Shown here piece by piece: positions 36,729-48,016 of a DNA stretch of 64,000 nucleotides. The notes beneath the pieces were generated by a model. That model had not been told where the DNA came from. It saw nothing but the letters and a program-made list of their open reading frames with translations, and did not search any database. Position 1 is the first letter of the stretch. The number at the start of each line of letters is the position of its first letter. Source of the DNA: an uncultured Pseudomonadota bacterium (lineage in GTDB: Bacteria > Pseudomonadota > Gammaproteobacteria > Steroidobacterales > Steroidobacteraceae); NCBI GenBank assembly GCA_903929455.1, contig CAIYVA010000110.1, positions 14,651 through 78,650 of the forward strand, given 5' to 3'. Both the position numbers and the translations under genes were made by a program.

Positions 36729-36794
36729 CGGTGTGCAAAACCTGTGGGAACAGAGGTCTTTTCAGAACACAGTGAGGCCTGCGGGCAAGCATGC

Positions 36795-37181
36795 TTACCG
36801 TGACAGCGCGGCAGACAATGCGAATCCAGCCCACGTCGCAATGAGACAGCAAGAAAGGGACAGAAACACATTAAGACCTGCTCGAGCAACCTCGCCTGAC
36901 TGCAGCAGCGAAACTGTCTGCAAACTGAAGGCGGAAAATGTGGTGTAGCCGCCGCACACACCGACCATCACGAAGTAGCGGATAAAAGGGCCGTCCGCTA
37001 AGCGAACCTGGTCCCACGAGGCGCCGGCCGCGAGGCCAATCAGGAAACTTCCTGACACGTTGATCAATAGGACAGCCCAAATCAGAGACGTACCTACCAG
37101 TGCGCTGATGAGTTCTGCCAATAGATAGCGGAGGACGCTACCGAGAGCGCCGCCTAACGCAATCAGAGAGAGATTTAACAT
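36795..37181 (-). CDS. crcB: fluoride ion channel CrcB/FluC
   Basis: 128 aa, four hydrophobic segments, GGALGSVLRY and GGYTTFSAFS motifs. Confidence 0.9.
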   Translation of the reverse strand: MLNLSLIALGGALGSVLRYLLAELISALVGTSLIWAVLLINVSGSFLIGLAAGASWDQVRLADGPFIRYFVMVGVCGGYTTFSAFSLQTVSLLQSGEVARAGLNVFLSLSCCLIATWAGFALSAALSR

Positions 37182-37226
37182 GCGATCCCGTCTTGGCCAG
37201 ATATCCGCGCCATGGTTACTGCGCGC

Positions 37227-38300
37227 CTACGAACGGTGGTACTGCGGCGATAGCTCGTGAACCGCAGCAACCATCGCCGCCGCATTCTCAGGGAGCACAT
37301 CGAGGTGAATGCCATGACCCAGATTAAATACATGTCCTGAGCCATGTCCATAGCTTGCAAGCACCCGACCGACCTCATGACGAATGACATCGGGAGGAGC
37401 ATACAAGACAGCAGGATCCAAGTTGCCCTGCAAGGCAACCCGATCAGACACCAACAGCCGAGCCGTCGATAAGTCCGTTGTCCAGTCAACCCCTAGGGCA
37501 TCAGCCCCGGTGTCTGCTAGGTCGGCAAGCCATTGCCCGCCTCCTTTGGTGAATAGGATGGCCGGTACGCGCCTACCCTCATGCTCCTTAATTAATCCAC
37601 TGACAATGGACTTCATGTAAGTGAGTGAGAATTCGCGATAGGCACTAGGCGCTAGCGCGCCACCCCACGTATCGAAAATCATGACGGCTTGCGCGCCAGC
37701 CAATATCTGCGCATTCAGGTAGTCAGTCGTAGCGCGTGTTAAGTGCGCGAGCAATCGGTGAAGATCTGCAGGTGCGCTATACAGCATGGATTTAATGCGA
37801 TCGAAGGTCTTGCTAGAACCCCCTTCAACCACATACGTGCCGACAGTCCAAGGACTACCCGCAAACCCAATCAACGGTACGCGGCCATTCAATTCGCGCC
37901 GTATCAATTTCACTGCATCGATGACGTACCGGAGATCACGATCTGGATCGAGTTGTGGCAACTGATCGATGTCACGAGCACTGCGTACCGGCCGCTGAAT
38001 ACGCGGTCCTTCACCGGACTCAAACTCCAACCCCAAACCCATCGCATGTGGAATAGTCAGAATATCAGAAAACAAAATGGCGGCATCTAATGGGTAACGC
38101 GCCAATGGCTGGAGAGTTACCTCGCAGGCGTACTCAGGCGTCGTGCATAACTTTAGGAAACTACCGGCCTTAGCACGTGTCGCGCGATACTCTGGGAGAT
38201 GGCGACCAGCTTGGCGCATCATCCATACAGGCGTTCGCGGCGTAGGCTGTCGCAACAGGGCACGCAATACCAGATCATTTGTCAGTGACGTCACAAGCAC
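37227..38300 (-). CDS. hemE: uroporphyrinogen decarboxylase
   Basis: [27 protein letters not shown] and later conserved blocks. GTG start 2 nt after the pyrF stop. Confidence 0.95.
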   Translation of the reverse strand: MLVTSLTNDLVLRALLRQPTPRTPVWMMRQAGRHLPEYRATRAKAGSFLKLCTTPEYACEVTLQPLARYPLDAAILFSDILTIPHAMGLGLEFESGEGPRIQRPVRSARDIDQLPQLDPDRDLRYVIDAVKLIRRELNGRVPLIGFAGSPWTVGTYVVEGGSSKTFDRIKSMLYSAPADLHRLLAHLTRATTDYLNAQILAGAQAVMIFDTWGGALAPSAYREFSLTYMKSIVSGLIKEHEGRRVPAILFTKGGGQWLADLADTGADALGVDWTTDLSTARLLVSDRVALQGNLDPAVLYAPPDVIRHEVGRVLASYGHGSGHVFNLGHGIHLDVLPENAAAMVAAVHELSPQYHRS

Positions 38301-38302
38301 CC

Positions 38303-39013
38303 TTAACGCGCAGCGTGAAACGCAAGAATGGAGGCCTGTATGGCCTCCGCCGCCGCTTTCGGATCAGCGGCATCACGGATGGGTCGCCCTACTACAATGT
38401 AATCAGCACCCGCAGCAAAGGCCTTTTCAACTGTCAGCACACGCTTTTGGTCGTCTTCTTGACGGTTTTCTACAGGGCGAATGCCGGGCGTCACGACCAT
38501 CAAGCGCTCACCGAGCTCACGACGAATGGCTTCAGCCTCGATGCCAGAAGACACCACACCAGCGCAGCCGGCTGCCAGCGCCCGCCGCGCACGAGAGATC
38601 ACCAGTTGCTGTACGTCGCACTGAAACCCGAGATCATCTAGGTCGCCCCGATCTAGACTCGTTAATACAGTCACCGCCAGCACCTGAACATCCTTAGCCG
38701 CCGCTACAGCTGCTTCCATAATGCTTTGGTTGCCATGCACTGTCGCAAAAGTCACGCCGCGCCCATTCAAGCGCGCGATGGCAGCAGCCACCGTCGCAGG
38801 AATGTCAAAAAACTTTAGGTCAACAAACACCCGTTTGCCACGCGCCACTAACCAATCGAGCAGTTCAAAGTAACCGCCGGCCATCATCAGTTCGAGGCCG
38901 ATCTTGTAAAACACAACTGAGTCGCCTAATACCTCGACCAATGCACGCGCCGAATCGGCACTCTGCACATCCATAGCAAAAATTAGACGTTCGCGGACGG
39001 GAATATTTTTCAT
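38303..39013 (-). CDS. pyrF: orotidine 5'-phosphate decarboxylase
   Basis: [27 protein letters not shown] and [10 protein letters not shown] motifs. Confidence 0.95.
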   Translation of the reverse strand: MKNIPVRERLIFAMDVQSADSARALVEVLGDSVVFYKIGLELMMAGGYFELLDWLVARGKRVFVDLKFFDIPATVAAAIARLNGRGVTFATVHGNQSIMEAAVAAAKDVQVLAVTVLTSLDRGDLDDLGFQCDVQQLVISRARRALAAGCAGVVSSGIEAEAIRRELGERLMVVTPGIRPVENRQEDDQKRVLTVEKAFAAGADYIVVGRPIRDAADPKAAAEAIQASILAFHAAR

Positions 39014-39054
39014 TTAGAGATTATGCCTAGTCGGAAGGCGCTGCGCGAGGGGCG

Positions 39055-40236
39055 CTAGCCCTGCGGCACACGCGGATCATACAAACGAGTATGTTCGAGA
39101 ATTGCGTAACGATCGGTCATCCCTGCGATGTAGTCCGCAACTGCACGGGCTCGCCCTGCAAGCCCCGCTTTAGTTTCAAGCATCCCAGCAGTCTGCCGGT
39201 GTTCATCGGGCAACAGCCGAACGTCTTGGGAATAGGCAGAAAATAGCTCACGAACGACGCGCTGCGACTTATTGGTCATGCGCACGACTCGATAATTCTG
39301 ATACACGTGCTCGCGTAAAAATTTCTTCAGCTGTTGATGTTCTTGCAGCACTCGTTCGCTAAAAGATACAAGCCTCTGTCCGGCACTACGCACCGCGTCT
39401 ACGTCGGAAATTTTGTATTCATGCAGACGTGCGCGCGTCGTATCGATGAGGTCGGTGGCTACCTCATTAATCATGCGTCGTATGACTTCATGTATAAGCT
39501 TACGAATGGTGATGTCTGGATAGCGCTGAATTACAGCCTCATAATGACGGGCAAACAACGCTACCTCGCACAGTTGCGCGGGAGTGATCACGCCGGCGCG
39601 CAAGCCGTCATCGACATCGTGATTGTTATAGGCAATTTCGTCCGCCAAGTTTGAGAGCTGCGCCTCTAGAGAGGGCTGCGTTCGCTTTAAGAAACGCTCG
39701 CCAAGATCACCGAGCTCAGCAGCATTTTTGGCGGAGCAGTGCTTAAGAATGCCTTCTCTCGTCTCAAAGGTGAGGTTAAGACCAGGAAAATCAGCGTAGC
39801 GCTCTTCCAGTTCATCGACCGTGCGAAGCGACTGCAAGTTGTGCTCAAAGCCACCGAAATCACGCATGCACTCATTTAAGGCATCTTGACCTGCGTGACC
39901 AAAGGGTGTGTGGCCTAAGTCATGAGCCAAACAGATGGCCTCACAGAGAGGCTCGTTGAGGCCTAAGGCCACACTGACTGAACGCGCGATCTGAGCAACC
40001 TCGAGAGAATGCGTTAAGCGCGTTCGATACAGGTCGCCCTCATGGTTGACGAAAACCTGTGTTTTATAGACCAAGCGTCGGAACGCGGTCGAATGAACGA
40101 TACGATCGCGATCACGGTGGTACTCGCCTCGATAACCAGCTGGCGCGGGCTCCTCATAGCGGCGACCGCGACTACTCGCCTCGAGACTCGCATACGACGC
40201 TAGACCTTGGTCAGGAGGGGGTGTTGTGTAATCCAT
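39055..40236 (-). CDS. dgt: dGTP triphosphohydrolase-like HD-domain protein
   Basis: [20 protein letters not shown] and [10 protein letters not shown] motifs. The start overlaps the aroB stop (TAATG). Confidence 0.9.
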   Translation of the reverse strand: MDYTTPPPDQGLASYASLEASSRGRRYEEPAPAGYRGEYHRDRDRIVHSTAFRRLVYKTQVFVNHEGDLYRTRLTHSLEVAQIARSVSVALGLNEPLCEAICLAHDLGHTPFGHAGQDALNECMRDFGGFEHNLQSLRTVDELEERYADFPGLNLTFETREGILKHCSAKNAAELGDLGERFLKRTQPSLEAQLSNLADEIAYNNHDVDDGLRAGVITPAQLCEVALFARHYEAVIQRYPDITIRKLIHEVIRRMINEVATDLIDTTRARLHEYKISDVDAVRSAGQRLVSFSERVLQEHQQLKKFLREHVYQNYRVVRMTNKSQRVVRELFSAYSQDVRLLPDEHRQTAGMLETKAGLAGRARAVADYIAGMTDRYAILEHTRLYDPRVPQG

Positions 40237-41366
40237 TAACCAACCGCCTGTTGCAAGACCGCGTGTAGGACTGCCGGATCGTAGTCTGCGGACACCATCG
40301 CACTGCCGATTTTCTTTAAGAGCACAAGGCGAACTCGCCCAGCGAGAACTTTTTTATCTAAGGCCATTAACTCAAGAGCTCGAGCAATACCCATGCGCGG
40401 TGCCTCTATCGGCAACCCGGCTCGTGTGAGTAAATCCCGCAAGCGATCCACCTCATGCGTCGATATAAAACCGAGCTTCGCCGACATCTGGGCAGCGAGC
40501 AGCATGCCAGTTGCCACGGCTTCACCATGTAACCAGGTGCCATAACCTGCCGCGGCTTCTATCGCGTGACCAAACGTGTGACCAAAATTTAGCAGCGCCC
40601 TAGGCCCCACTTCACGCTCATCAAGAGACACGATCTCTGCTTTTATTTCACACGAGCGTCGTACCGCATAGGCGAGCGCGTCGGGATCGCGCACAAGCAG
40701 CAAAGGCAGAGACTCCTCAAGCCACTCAAGAAAAGGGGCATCGTGAATTAATCCGTACTTGATGACCTCCGCCAAGCCCGCTTTAAGCTCACGCTCTGGT
40801 AGGGTCGATAGCGTTGATAGATCAGCCATCACAGCAACCGGCTGATGAAATGCGCCGATGAGATTTTTACCCGCCGGATGATTCACCGCGGTCTTGCCGC
40901 CGACTGAGGAATCCACTTGCGCTAGCAGTGTCGTGGGCACCTGCAGCACATCGATGCCACGCGCCCAGGTGGCGGCAGCAAAACCAGCAATATCACCAAT
41001 CACACCGCCCCCTAGGGCAATGACAGCGCCGTCGCGCGACATCTTGGCTGCGGCTAGCGCGTCATACACCTGCCCTAAAGTGGCCTGAGTCTTGTAACGC
41101 TCGCCGTCCGGTAACACGCACACCGTGCACGAACGATGCCCCAGGGCGCCTTGCAGTGGGCCCAGATACAAAGGCGCGACCGTCTGATTGGTCACGATCA
41201 CCAAGGGGCCGTTGGGTAGGATCGCGTCAAAAGTAGCCGGCTGAGCCAACAGCCCTGCTCCGATGTAAATCGGATAGCTGCGGCTGCCCAAATCAATGCG
41301 CACGGTATGAAAGAGGTGATTCACAGCATGAACGATAACAAGAACTGGCGCTCGGGTGGCGACCAA
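40236..41366 (-). CDS. aroB: 3-dehydroquinate synthase
   Basis: [36 protein letters not shown] and [12 protein letters not shown]. The ORF opens at TTG 41366; the true start may be GTG 41324 ([13 protein letters not shown]...). Confidence 0.95.
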   Translation of the reverse strand: MVATRAPVLVIVHAVNHLFHTVRIDLGSRSYPIYIGAGLLAQPATFDAILPNGPLVIVTNQTVAPLYLGPLQGALGHRSCTVCVLPDGERYKTQATLGQVYDALAAAKMSRDGAVIALGGGVIGDIAGFAAATWARGIDVLQVPTTLLAQVDSSVGGKTAVNHPAGKNLIGAFHQPVAVMADLSTLSTLPERELKAGLAEVIKYGLIHDAPFLEWLEESLPLLLVRDPDALAYAVRRSCEIKAEIVSLDEREVGPRALLNFGHTFGHAIEAAAGYGTWLHGEAVATGMLLAAQMSAKLGFISTHEVDRLRDLLTRAGLPIEAPRMGIARALELMALDKKVLAGRVRLVLLKKIGSAMVSADYDPAVLHAVLQQAVG

Positions 41367-41469
41367 ACAGCGCCGCTCAGCAGCCTCCGAGCGCTCACCT
41401 CGTGTGGTCTAAGTGAGGCTGGCGACCGCGAAAATATAATTCATTTGAAATCAATTAGTTATGTTGATT

Positions 41470-42063
41470 TTACGGCGCTTGGGTAGCGCCCACGGCCGCA
41501 CTTGATGAGGCCTCCGCGCCTGGCAGGTGAGCAACAATATGTTTGGCCACATCCAGCACTCGTCGACGATCCGTGGACACGCAGCAGTGTGCGAGGCCTA
41601 AGTAAATCGGCTCCCTGACCGTCATGAGCTCAGCCAGACGAGTCGCCGGATCGGCATGCAGCAACAGTGGCCGATGGCGCCCTCGCTGGGTCCGTTTGAC
41701 CTGCTCCGTGATCGACGCCTGCAGGTAAACCACGGTGCCGCGCTCACGTAGCCAAGCCTGATTCTCAGGAAGCAAAATAGCACCGCCGCCTGTCGCTAGT
41801 ACAACACCGTCCAATAAGGTCAGATCGGCTAAAGCCTCGCGCTCACGCTCACGAAAGCCCGCCTCGCCCTCCTTCTCGAAGATAAACGGTATATCTACCC
41901 CAGTGCGCCGCTCTATCTCTGCATCACTGTCAATAAAGCGCAGCTTCAATAGACGCGCCAAGGCTTTGCCCACCGCTGACTTTCCAGATCCCATGGGACC
42001 AATTAAGAAAATACGCAAAGGCTTAGCCGGCGTTAACTTAGTCGATGGCAATGCATCCTCCAT
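41470..42063 (-). CDS. aroK: shikimate kinase
   Basis: IFLIGPMGSGKS Walker A and ATGGG. The start is placed at ATG 42063 (Met21 of the ORF). Confidence 0.9.
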   Translation of the reverse strand: MEDALPSTKLTPAKPLRIFLIGPMGSGKSAVGKALARLLKLRFIDSDAEIERRTGVDIPFIFEKEGEAGFREREREALADLTLLDGVVLATGGGAILLPENQAWLRERGTVVYLQASITEQVKRTQRGRHRPLLLHADPATRLAELMTVREPIYLGLAHCCVSTDRRRVLDVAKHIVAHLPGAEASSSAAVGATQAP

Positions 42064-42145
42064 ACGGCACAGTGTAAACGCTGGCACCAGAAACGAAAAC
42101 GGCCACCCCAAGGGTGGCCGCACATAAGGACCCGAGCGTCCTCAC

Positions 42146-43984
42146 TTAATTTGGATTGCTACAGTCATTCACAACACCATAGGGGCTCACCAATCCTGGT
42201 GGGTTAACGGACTCGCTAGCAAAATCAGCCGCGGCACCAGGCAACACGAAAGTCGATGTGGTGGTGCTTTCTGTACCTGTCACAGACGCGGTTGCAATCA
42301 ACTCCACCCCTACGTAGCCCGCGTGGTCTTTCGGATAGGTCACCGTCACCAGCAACTCACCCGCTCCATCAGTGACGCCCAAAGCAGATGCTAGCGAAGC
42401 GACATTGCCAGGCTCCAATACTCCATCGCCATTGAAGTCCTCGCTCTGCTGCAACACACCATCTAAATTCACGTCCTCGTTCAAACACGTCGCAGCCACA
42501 TTTGTTACCCAACTCGTGGTGAATGTCCGACTGCCCTTCACATAGAATACCGGCAGCACCTCAACGCTCACTGGCGCGTTCGGTACGGCTGCGCCTTGCG
42601 CATCCAGTGCCAGTACGGCAAAGGTCAAGGCGTAGGTCGCCACATCCGGCGAGGCCACTGTATTGCCTGTGCCCAATGATAAAAAGACTGTCTGTCCGCC
42701 CACCGTTAGTGCGGCTGCGTTCCTAACTAACGTGTTCGGGATATACGCTGTCACAACAACACCGCCTGCGGCGCTTGTGGTCGCGCCCGCTGTATACACA
42801 ACGGTCGCCTCGCCCTGCGCATTGGTGGTTGCTACCGACGCGCCTAACGTGCCGCCGGTGACGTCAACCAGCGAAAAATTCACGGCGCGATTGGCGACCA
42901 AATTGTTGTTCGCATCGCGTAAACGCGCGGTGATCGTACTTTGGCCGTGAGTCACAATAGCAGCCGGGCTTGCTTGCACTGCAATCTGAGTCGGCGTGGT
43001 GGCAACGAACGTAAGCGTGGTCTGCGCCGATACGCCTCCGGCACTCGCTGTCACTAACGAGCCACCAGCGGCCGTTGAATTCAATGTAATGGTGGCGACG
43101 CCAAGTGAATTTGTCACTGCAGTAGCGGAACTCACCGTGCCGCGCGTTGCCGAAAACGTAATCGTCTGTCCACTCACCGGCGAGCCACCATTTAAGGAAG
43201 TCACTGTGATGGTTACGGGCGACCCAATGTTCACGCTGGCAGCAGAAGCCTGTATCGAGAAGTTTGTGCTGATAACAGTCAACGACGCCTGTGCCGTTGT
43301 ACCAAGTGCGCTTAGCGTCAACGTATCAACACCCGAAATGGCGGCAGTTACCGTGAAGGTCGCTCTACCATCAATATCAGTCGTTACTGCTGTGGGCGCT
43401 GTGTTACCAAGCGCACTCGCAATCGATACCGGCCCTGCAATCCCTTGCCCGTTTGAGTCTACAAACCGAACTGAATAAGTCGCCGATGAGCCAAGCGATA
43501 GCTGATTGAGCCCTGTGACGGAAAGCGCCGTACCCACCACATCGACAGTCACAGTGCCCGTGCCAGCACCCGAACCTGCGGTCGCGGTGACCGTGATCCG
43601 CCGATCAGCCAAATCCGTACCTGAGTTCAAAGTTGCCGCGACGACACCGCTCGTATTGGTCACGCATGGAATTGCGTTACAACTAATGACGCCACTGCTG
43701 GCTACGAACACCACGGTCGCACCCGATACCGCGTTGTTGTTTTTATCAACAACGACGGCGGAAATCGTCGCCGATATGGGCGCCGTCACCGTTGTGTTAG
43801 CGGGCGTTCCAGCGACATTACTATTGGATGCAATCTGCGGTGCGGACGTCGCGAGACTAATCGCTGCCGCCGTCGGCGTGGTCGTAGGCACCGTAGCGCT
43901 ACCAGTGAGCGTGTTGCCGCCACCGCAGGCTACCAGGCCTAGCGCTAACAGCGCACCTACGGCCAGATATTTTAAACTCTTCAT
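42146..43984 (-). CDS. lipoprotein with tandem bacterial Ig-like (Big_1/invasin-type) repeats and a C-terminal domain carrying DxDxDG-like motifs
   Basis: Signal peptide with lipobox LVAC (MKSLKYLAVGALLALGLVACGG). There are at least four about 90-aa repeats of the type V.F..S.G......T.T...G.A...L. The C-terminal NEDVNLDGVL / DFNGDGVLE are calcium-binding-like. Confidence 0.7.
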   Translation of the reverse strand: MKSLKYLAVGALLALGLVACGGGNTLTGSATVPTTTPTAAAISLATSAPQIASNSNVAGTPANTTVTAPISATISAVVVDKNNNAVSGATVVFVASSGVISCNAIPCVTNTSGVVAATLNSGTDLADRRITVTATAGSGAGTGTVTVDVVGTALSVTGLNQLSLGSSATYSVRFVDSNGQGIAGPVSIASALGNTAPTAVTTDIDGRATFTVTAAISGVDTLTLSALGTTAQASLTVISTNFSIQASAASVNIGSPVTITVTSLNGGSPVSGQTITFSATRGTVSSATAVTNSLGVATITLNSTAAGGSLVTASAGGVSAQTTLTFVATTPTQIAVQASPAAIVTHGQSTITARLRDANNNLVANRAVNFSLVDVTGGTLGASVATTNAQGEATVVYTAGATTSAAGGVVVTAYIPNTLVRNAAALTVGGQTVFLSLGTGNTVASPDVATYALTFAVLALDAQGAAVPNAPVSVEVLPVFYVKGSRTFTTSWVTNVAATCLNEDVNLDGVLQQSEDFNGDGVLEPGNVASLASALGVTDGAGELLVTVTYPKDHAGYVGVELIATASVTGTESTTTSTFVLPGAAADFASESVNPPGLVSPYGVVNDCSNPN

Positions 43985-44031
43985 GTCATTGACTCCGAAG
44001 CTATGTGCACGCCGCGTCCGAGACCCTACCC

Positions 44032-46215
44032 CTACAGAGTTGCGCCTTCGCGCAAAATCTTCGGTGTTACAAAGATAAGTAACTCGTCTTTGTTAAGCGT
44101 TTTTGTTTGGTTGTTAAACAGATGTCCAAGCAATGGGATGTCACCCAATAAAGGCACCTTCTTTTCTTGCGTGCTCTTGGTGGTGGCTAAGATGCCACCC
44201 AACACGACAGTCTGCCCATCGTTGACCAACACCTGGGTCGAGATAGAGCGCGTATCAATCGCCGGCACTTGGCCACCTGTCGCACTGCTAACTAACTGAC
44301 CGACGGTATCGTTGGATACTGTCAGATCCAGAATCACTCGGTTATCCGGTGTGATTTGTGGTTTAACTTTTAGTGACAGCACAGCTTTCTTAAACTGCGT
44401 CGTGGTTGCACCCGAGGAAGCAGACTCCTGATAAGGAATTTCCTGACCTTGCTCAATTGTTGCTTCTTTTTGGTTTGATGTGATGACACGAGGTGCCGAC
44501 ACAATCTCTGCACGATCTTCCGCTTGCGCTGCGGATAGCTCGAGATCAACCAGAAAGTTGCCGCTCAGGATAGAGGCGCCGATGCTACCCGCGGCGTTCG
44601 CCACGGGCATATTCACATTGTAGCGACTCGTATAGTTTGAGCTACTAGTGGGTATCTGCACGGGAAATGCTGAGCCGTGATTATTTAGGTTAGACAAACC
44701 AGAGTTAATAATGCCGTTCGCGGCGTTCGCGCTACCGGATACCGCAAGCAACCCGTTGCTACCGTTCGCCTTCACGGACGTTGTCCCTAGCACTGCGCCT
44801 AGCTGCCGATTGAAGTCGTCATTAACAATCACAATGCGCGATTCGATCAACACCTGGCGCACCGGAATATCGAGTGTGGCAACCAGGCGGCGTATATCTG
44901 TCAAGCGATCTGCAGTCTCATGCAACAGAAGGGTGTTCGTACGCTCGTCTAGGGCGACGCTGCCGCGTGGCGACAGCAAGGTGTTCCCGGTTTTTCCCTT
45001 AATCAGAGCGGCGAGGTCAGACGCTTTTGCGTAATTGACTTGGAGGTACTCAGAGCGCAATGGCGAGAGATCCTCGACATCTTTGCTCGCTTGCAAGTCG
45101 GCTTTCTCACGGCTAGCAAGCTCCGCAGCAGGCCCAACCAAGATCACGTTGTCACGGCGACGCATTGCTAGGCCTTTGGTGCGCATCACGATGTCGAGCG
45201 CTTGGTCCCACGGCACATTCTGCAGTCGCAACGTCACACTGCCTGTGACGCTGTCACTCACGACGATGTTTTGCCCGCTGGTATCAGCCAAAAGCTGAAG
45301 AACAGCACGCACGTCAATATCTTGGAAATTAAGCGTCAGGCGTTCGCCAACGTAATCTTTCTTCTCGTCGGCCACTACAGCTTTCGCTGCCTTGGCGCGC
45401 ACTTCGATGACGTATGAATTATCTGTTTGATACGCCATGTGCTCAAACTCGCCTGATGCGGTTATCACGAGCCGTGGGTTACCATCTGCGCGTGTCACAT
45501 CGACCGTGCTGACGGGTGTGGCGAAGTCGCTGACTTCATATCGTTTTAGTTGCTCGGCGGCGACTTTGGTGCCAAGAAAATCAACCATGACCTGGTGACC
45601 CTGCTGACTGACGTTCACCGCGGTCTTAGAGTCGCTTAGCGCAACAATCACGCGCGCAGTGCCATCGGCAGCGCGCCTAAAGTCGACACCCGTCAGGCTG
45701 TGCGTACCTGAGGCACTACCGGCGGATGCCACCGACGGTGTATCGACACGATCGGCTACCTGTTGGGTTAGTGCGGTCGCTGTGCGGCTTTGTCCTACGG
45801 TAATAGTGATGGTGTTGTTGTCAACGCGCGTCTCGTACGGTGCTAGCGCGTCCATGTTCATAACCAGGCGGGTACGCCCTTTCGCTTCCCCAGCAACTAC
45901 GGTGTCAATTCCTGCAGACTTGACGTCAATACGACGTTGCGTGAGTGCGAGACCCACACCAGGTAAGTCCATCGAAATCCTAGCGGGCTTGTCGATGGTA
46001 AACATCAGCGGTTCAGGTGCTGGACCACTTAAGTGCAGCGTGAGCTGTACTTGGCTAGTCGAGAGTGTCGATACGTCGACGGACTCGAGGTTGATGGCTG
46101 CCTGCGCGAAGCTTAGCTTCGGTAGGCAAATAAGCAGCAGAGCCAGTGCAGCCAACCCAAAGCCTAAGCTTGGTCGACGCAGTGCAACGGTGACAGGCCC
46201 TTTAATGGCGTTCAT
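44032..46215 (-). CDS. pilQ: type IV pilus secretin PilQ
   Basis: Two AMIN-like N-terminal repeats, then a secretin C-terminal domain (VLVNDGQTVVLGGI...VPLLGDIPLLGHLF). ATG 46215 is preferred over TTG 46236. Confidence 0.95.
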   Translation of the reverse strand: MNAIKGPVTVALRRPSLGFGLAALALLLICLPKLSFAQAAINLESVDVSTLSTSQVQLTLHLSGPAPEPLMFTIDKPARISMDLPGVGLALTQRRIDVKSAGIDTVVAGEAKGRTRLVMNMDALAPYETRVDNNTITITVGQSRTATALTQQVADRVDTPSVASAGSASGTHSLTGVDFRRAADGTARVIVALSDSKTAVNVSQQGHQVMVDFLGTKVAAEQLKRYEVSDFATPVSTVDVTRADGNPRLVITASGEFEHMAYQTDNSYVIEVRAKAAKAVVADEKKDYVGERLTLNFQDIDVRAVLQLLADTSGQNIVVSDSVTGSVTLRLQNVPWDQALDIVMRTKGLAMRRRDNVILVGPAAELASREKADLQASKDVEDLSPLRSEYLQVNYAKASDLAALIKGKTGNTLLSPRGSVALDERTNTLLLHETADRLTDIRRLVATLDIPVRQVLIESRIVIVNDDFNRQLGAVLGTTSVKANGSNGLLAVSGSANAANGIINSGLSNLNNHGSAFPVQIPTSSSNYTSRYNVNMPVANAAGSIGASILSGNFLVDLELSAAQAEDRAEIVSAPRVITSNQKEATIEQGQEIPYQESASSGATTTQFKKAVLSLKVKPQITPDNRVILDLTVSNDTVGQLVSSATGGQVPAIDTRSISTQVLVNDGQTVVLGGILATTKSTQEKKVPLLGDIPLLGHLFNNQTKTLNKDELLIFVTPKILREGATL

Positions 46216-46236
46216 TCCCAGTACTCCAGGTAACAA

Positions 46237-46761
46237 TCAGTGGGTCGCGAGAGGAATCAAAGCGGGGCGTTCGACGTAGGCGCCCATCCCGTCTGGCACG
46301 ATCTCGACGACAGTGATTTTCGATTCAGTAATAGAGAGGATCTTTCCATCGTTTTGGCCGACGTAGTTGCCGACAGCCACACGATGAATGAGGCCATCCT
46401 TGGATTGAATGAGACCATAGACGCGTTCTTTGACACGTAAGGTTCCAACCATTCTCAATGTATCTAGTGAAGAGCTTTCAAGGAATTCGCGATTGCGATG
46501 CGCATCGGGGCGAATACCGCCTGTGCCGTTCGCGACCACCACGCTCGGCGCAAACGGCGAGCGTAATCCGGTGGGATCATAGGTAAACGACTCGTAGGGT
46601 GCCATCTGCGGTAACGGCGCAATATGCGAACCTGGACGCTTTTTCTTCTCAGCCAGTAACTGCTTGAGATCGGAGGTGTTACCACCGCAAGCGGTCATGC
46701 CTGCCACAAGTGTCAGCACGGCTGTGACGAGTACGAAAGCTCTCAGCGAGGCGCGGATCAT
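46237..46761 (-). CDS. pilP: type IV pilus assembly lipoprotein PilP
   Basis: 174 aa with signal peptide and Cys (GMTAC). Positioned between pilO and pilQ. Confidence 0.85.
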   Translation of the reverse strand: MIRASLRAFVLVTAVLTLVAGMTACGGNTSDLKQLLAEKKKRPGSHIAPLPQMAPYESFTYDPTGLRSPFAPSVVVANGTGGIRPDAHRNREFLESSSLDTLRMVGTLRVKERVYGLIQSKDGLIHRVAVGNYVGQNDGKILSITESKITVVEIVPDGMGAYVERPALIPLATH

Positions 46762-47417
46762 GGCTGGCCTCCTGCGGCGGCTGGGCTTTTCGCGCCTTTA
46801 TGCTTTTCGCTTGGAGTGAGCTCAGAGTCATCTAAGTAGCGATACGTCTTCGCGATGACATCCAGCGTGAGTCGATCAGATCCGGTCGCTTGCGACTCAC
46901 CGGAGATCATAATGTCATGCAGTGTGACAATTCGCGGCAATGCGGCGATACCACTAACAAACGCGGCAAACTGGTGGTAAGAGCCGGTGAGGCGGATTTT
47001 GATCGGCAACTCTGCGTAAAAGTCCTTGCGAACTTCGGGTGCAGGTTGGAATAAGCGTTCTTGCAACCCAGCGCCCAACCCCGTCTGGGAAATATCTACG
47101 AGCAGACTCGGTACTTCGGTGCGTCCAGGCAATTGCCTCAACATGGCGCCAAACGATCGCTCCATCTCAGCTAACTGCGCTTTGTACGCGTCTATATTGG
47201 CTGCTTTATGTTGTTTCTCATCAAAGACTTGCAGCAGACTCACTTCCTCTGCACGCGCGCGATCGAGTTCGGGCATCTGCGACTGGTAAGGAACAAAGAA
47301 GATCCCAGCCAGACTAAGCACCGCAAACAGTGTGCCTAAGGCAATGAGACGAAATTGTAATGGCCAGCGGCCGACGTCTCGTGTGTCAAGCGACTTCAGT
47401 TCGTCAATAAACGTCAT
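46758..47417 (-). CDS. pilO: type IV pilus assembly protein PilO
   Basis: 219 aa: one N-terminal TM segment, a coiled coil, and a C-terminal ferredoxin-like part. 4-nt overlaps with both pilN and pilP. Confidence 0.85.
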   Translation of the reverse strand: MTFIDELKSLDTRDVGRWPLQFRLIALGTLFAVLSLAGIFFVPYQSQMPELDRARAEEVSLLQVFDEKQHKAANIDAYKAQLAEMERSFGAMLRQLPGRTEVPSLLVDISQTGLGAGLQERLFQPAPEVRKDFYAELPIKIRLTGSYHQFAAFVSGIAALPRIVTLHDIMISGESQATGSDRLTLDVIAKTYRYLDDSELTPSEKHKGAKSPAAAGGQP

Positions 47418-48016
47418 GGTGCGGTGGCCCCAACTGGACGCGCGTGCGGCCCTGGCTGCTTCTCGGTCGGCTCAGGTTCGAGGCTACGTTGCGTCACAAA
47501 TAGCGTGAACTCAGACCCCTGAGCGCCTGATTTAATGGTTTCAATGACCTGCAGCTCAGGGTTAGTAAGCCAGGTGGACTCCTCTAAATTGCGCATGAAG
47601 GTAGAGACACGCGTTGATGACTGGGCGAGGCCCTTCAGCTCAATACGCTTATCTGTTTGCTTCACGGCTGTGAGCGAGACACCGTCTGGCAACGTACGGA
47701 CCAACTGGTCGAATACATGAACGACCTCAGGCCGACTACGCTGCAGACGAGTAATGATCGACATGCGCGCATCGAGACGGCGCTTCTGCTCTTCAAGACC
47801 CAGTATTTCCGCAATCTGCTTATCGAGCTCAGTCACTTCGCGCTTTAACAGCGTATTGCGCTCGACCTGATGTTCAATGGCGCCGCTGAAGCCCCAACTA
47901 ACGAACAAGGTGACGGCGGCAGCCGCAAACACAGCGCCCACCACACCAACACCAAATTCACGTCGATTCAGTGCTCGCTCAGCCTCACGCCAAGGCAATA
48001 GATTGATGCTTGGCAT
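47414..48016 (-). CDS. pilN: type IV pilus assembly protein PilN
   Basis: N-terminal INLLPWRE motif followed by a TM segment. Confidence 0.9.
   Translation of the reverse strand: MPSINLLPWREAERALNRREFGVGVVGAVFAAAAVTLFVSWGFSGAIEHQVERNTLLKREVTELDKQIAEILGLEEQKRRLDARMSIITRLQRSRPEVVHVFDQLVRTLPDGVSLTAVKQTDKRIELKGLAQSSTRVSTFMRNLEESTWLTNPELQVIETIKSGAQGSEFTLFVTQRSLEPEPTEKQPGPHARPVGATAP

Noticed and set aside
37182-37226. Fluoride riboswitch upstream of crcB
   Set aside because: Only 45 nt separate the hemE stop from the crcB start, and I see none of the conserved crcB-motif strings. A cmsearch with RF01734 would settle it.
42996-44078. Two long plus-strand ORFs (160 and 190 aa) inside the Ig-repeat lipoprotein gene
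   Set aside because: They are antisense products of a repetitive Thr/Ala/Val/Gly-rich coding sequence. Only the minus-strand frame has a signal peptide, a lipobox and a domain repeat pattern.
45659-46279. 206-aa plus-strand ORF across the pilQ 5' region
   Set aside because: It is antisense to the AMIN-domain region of a clearly recognisable secretin gene and has no motifs of its own.
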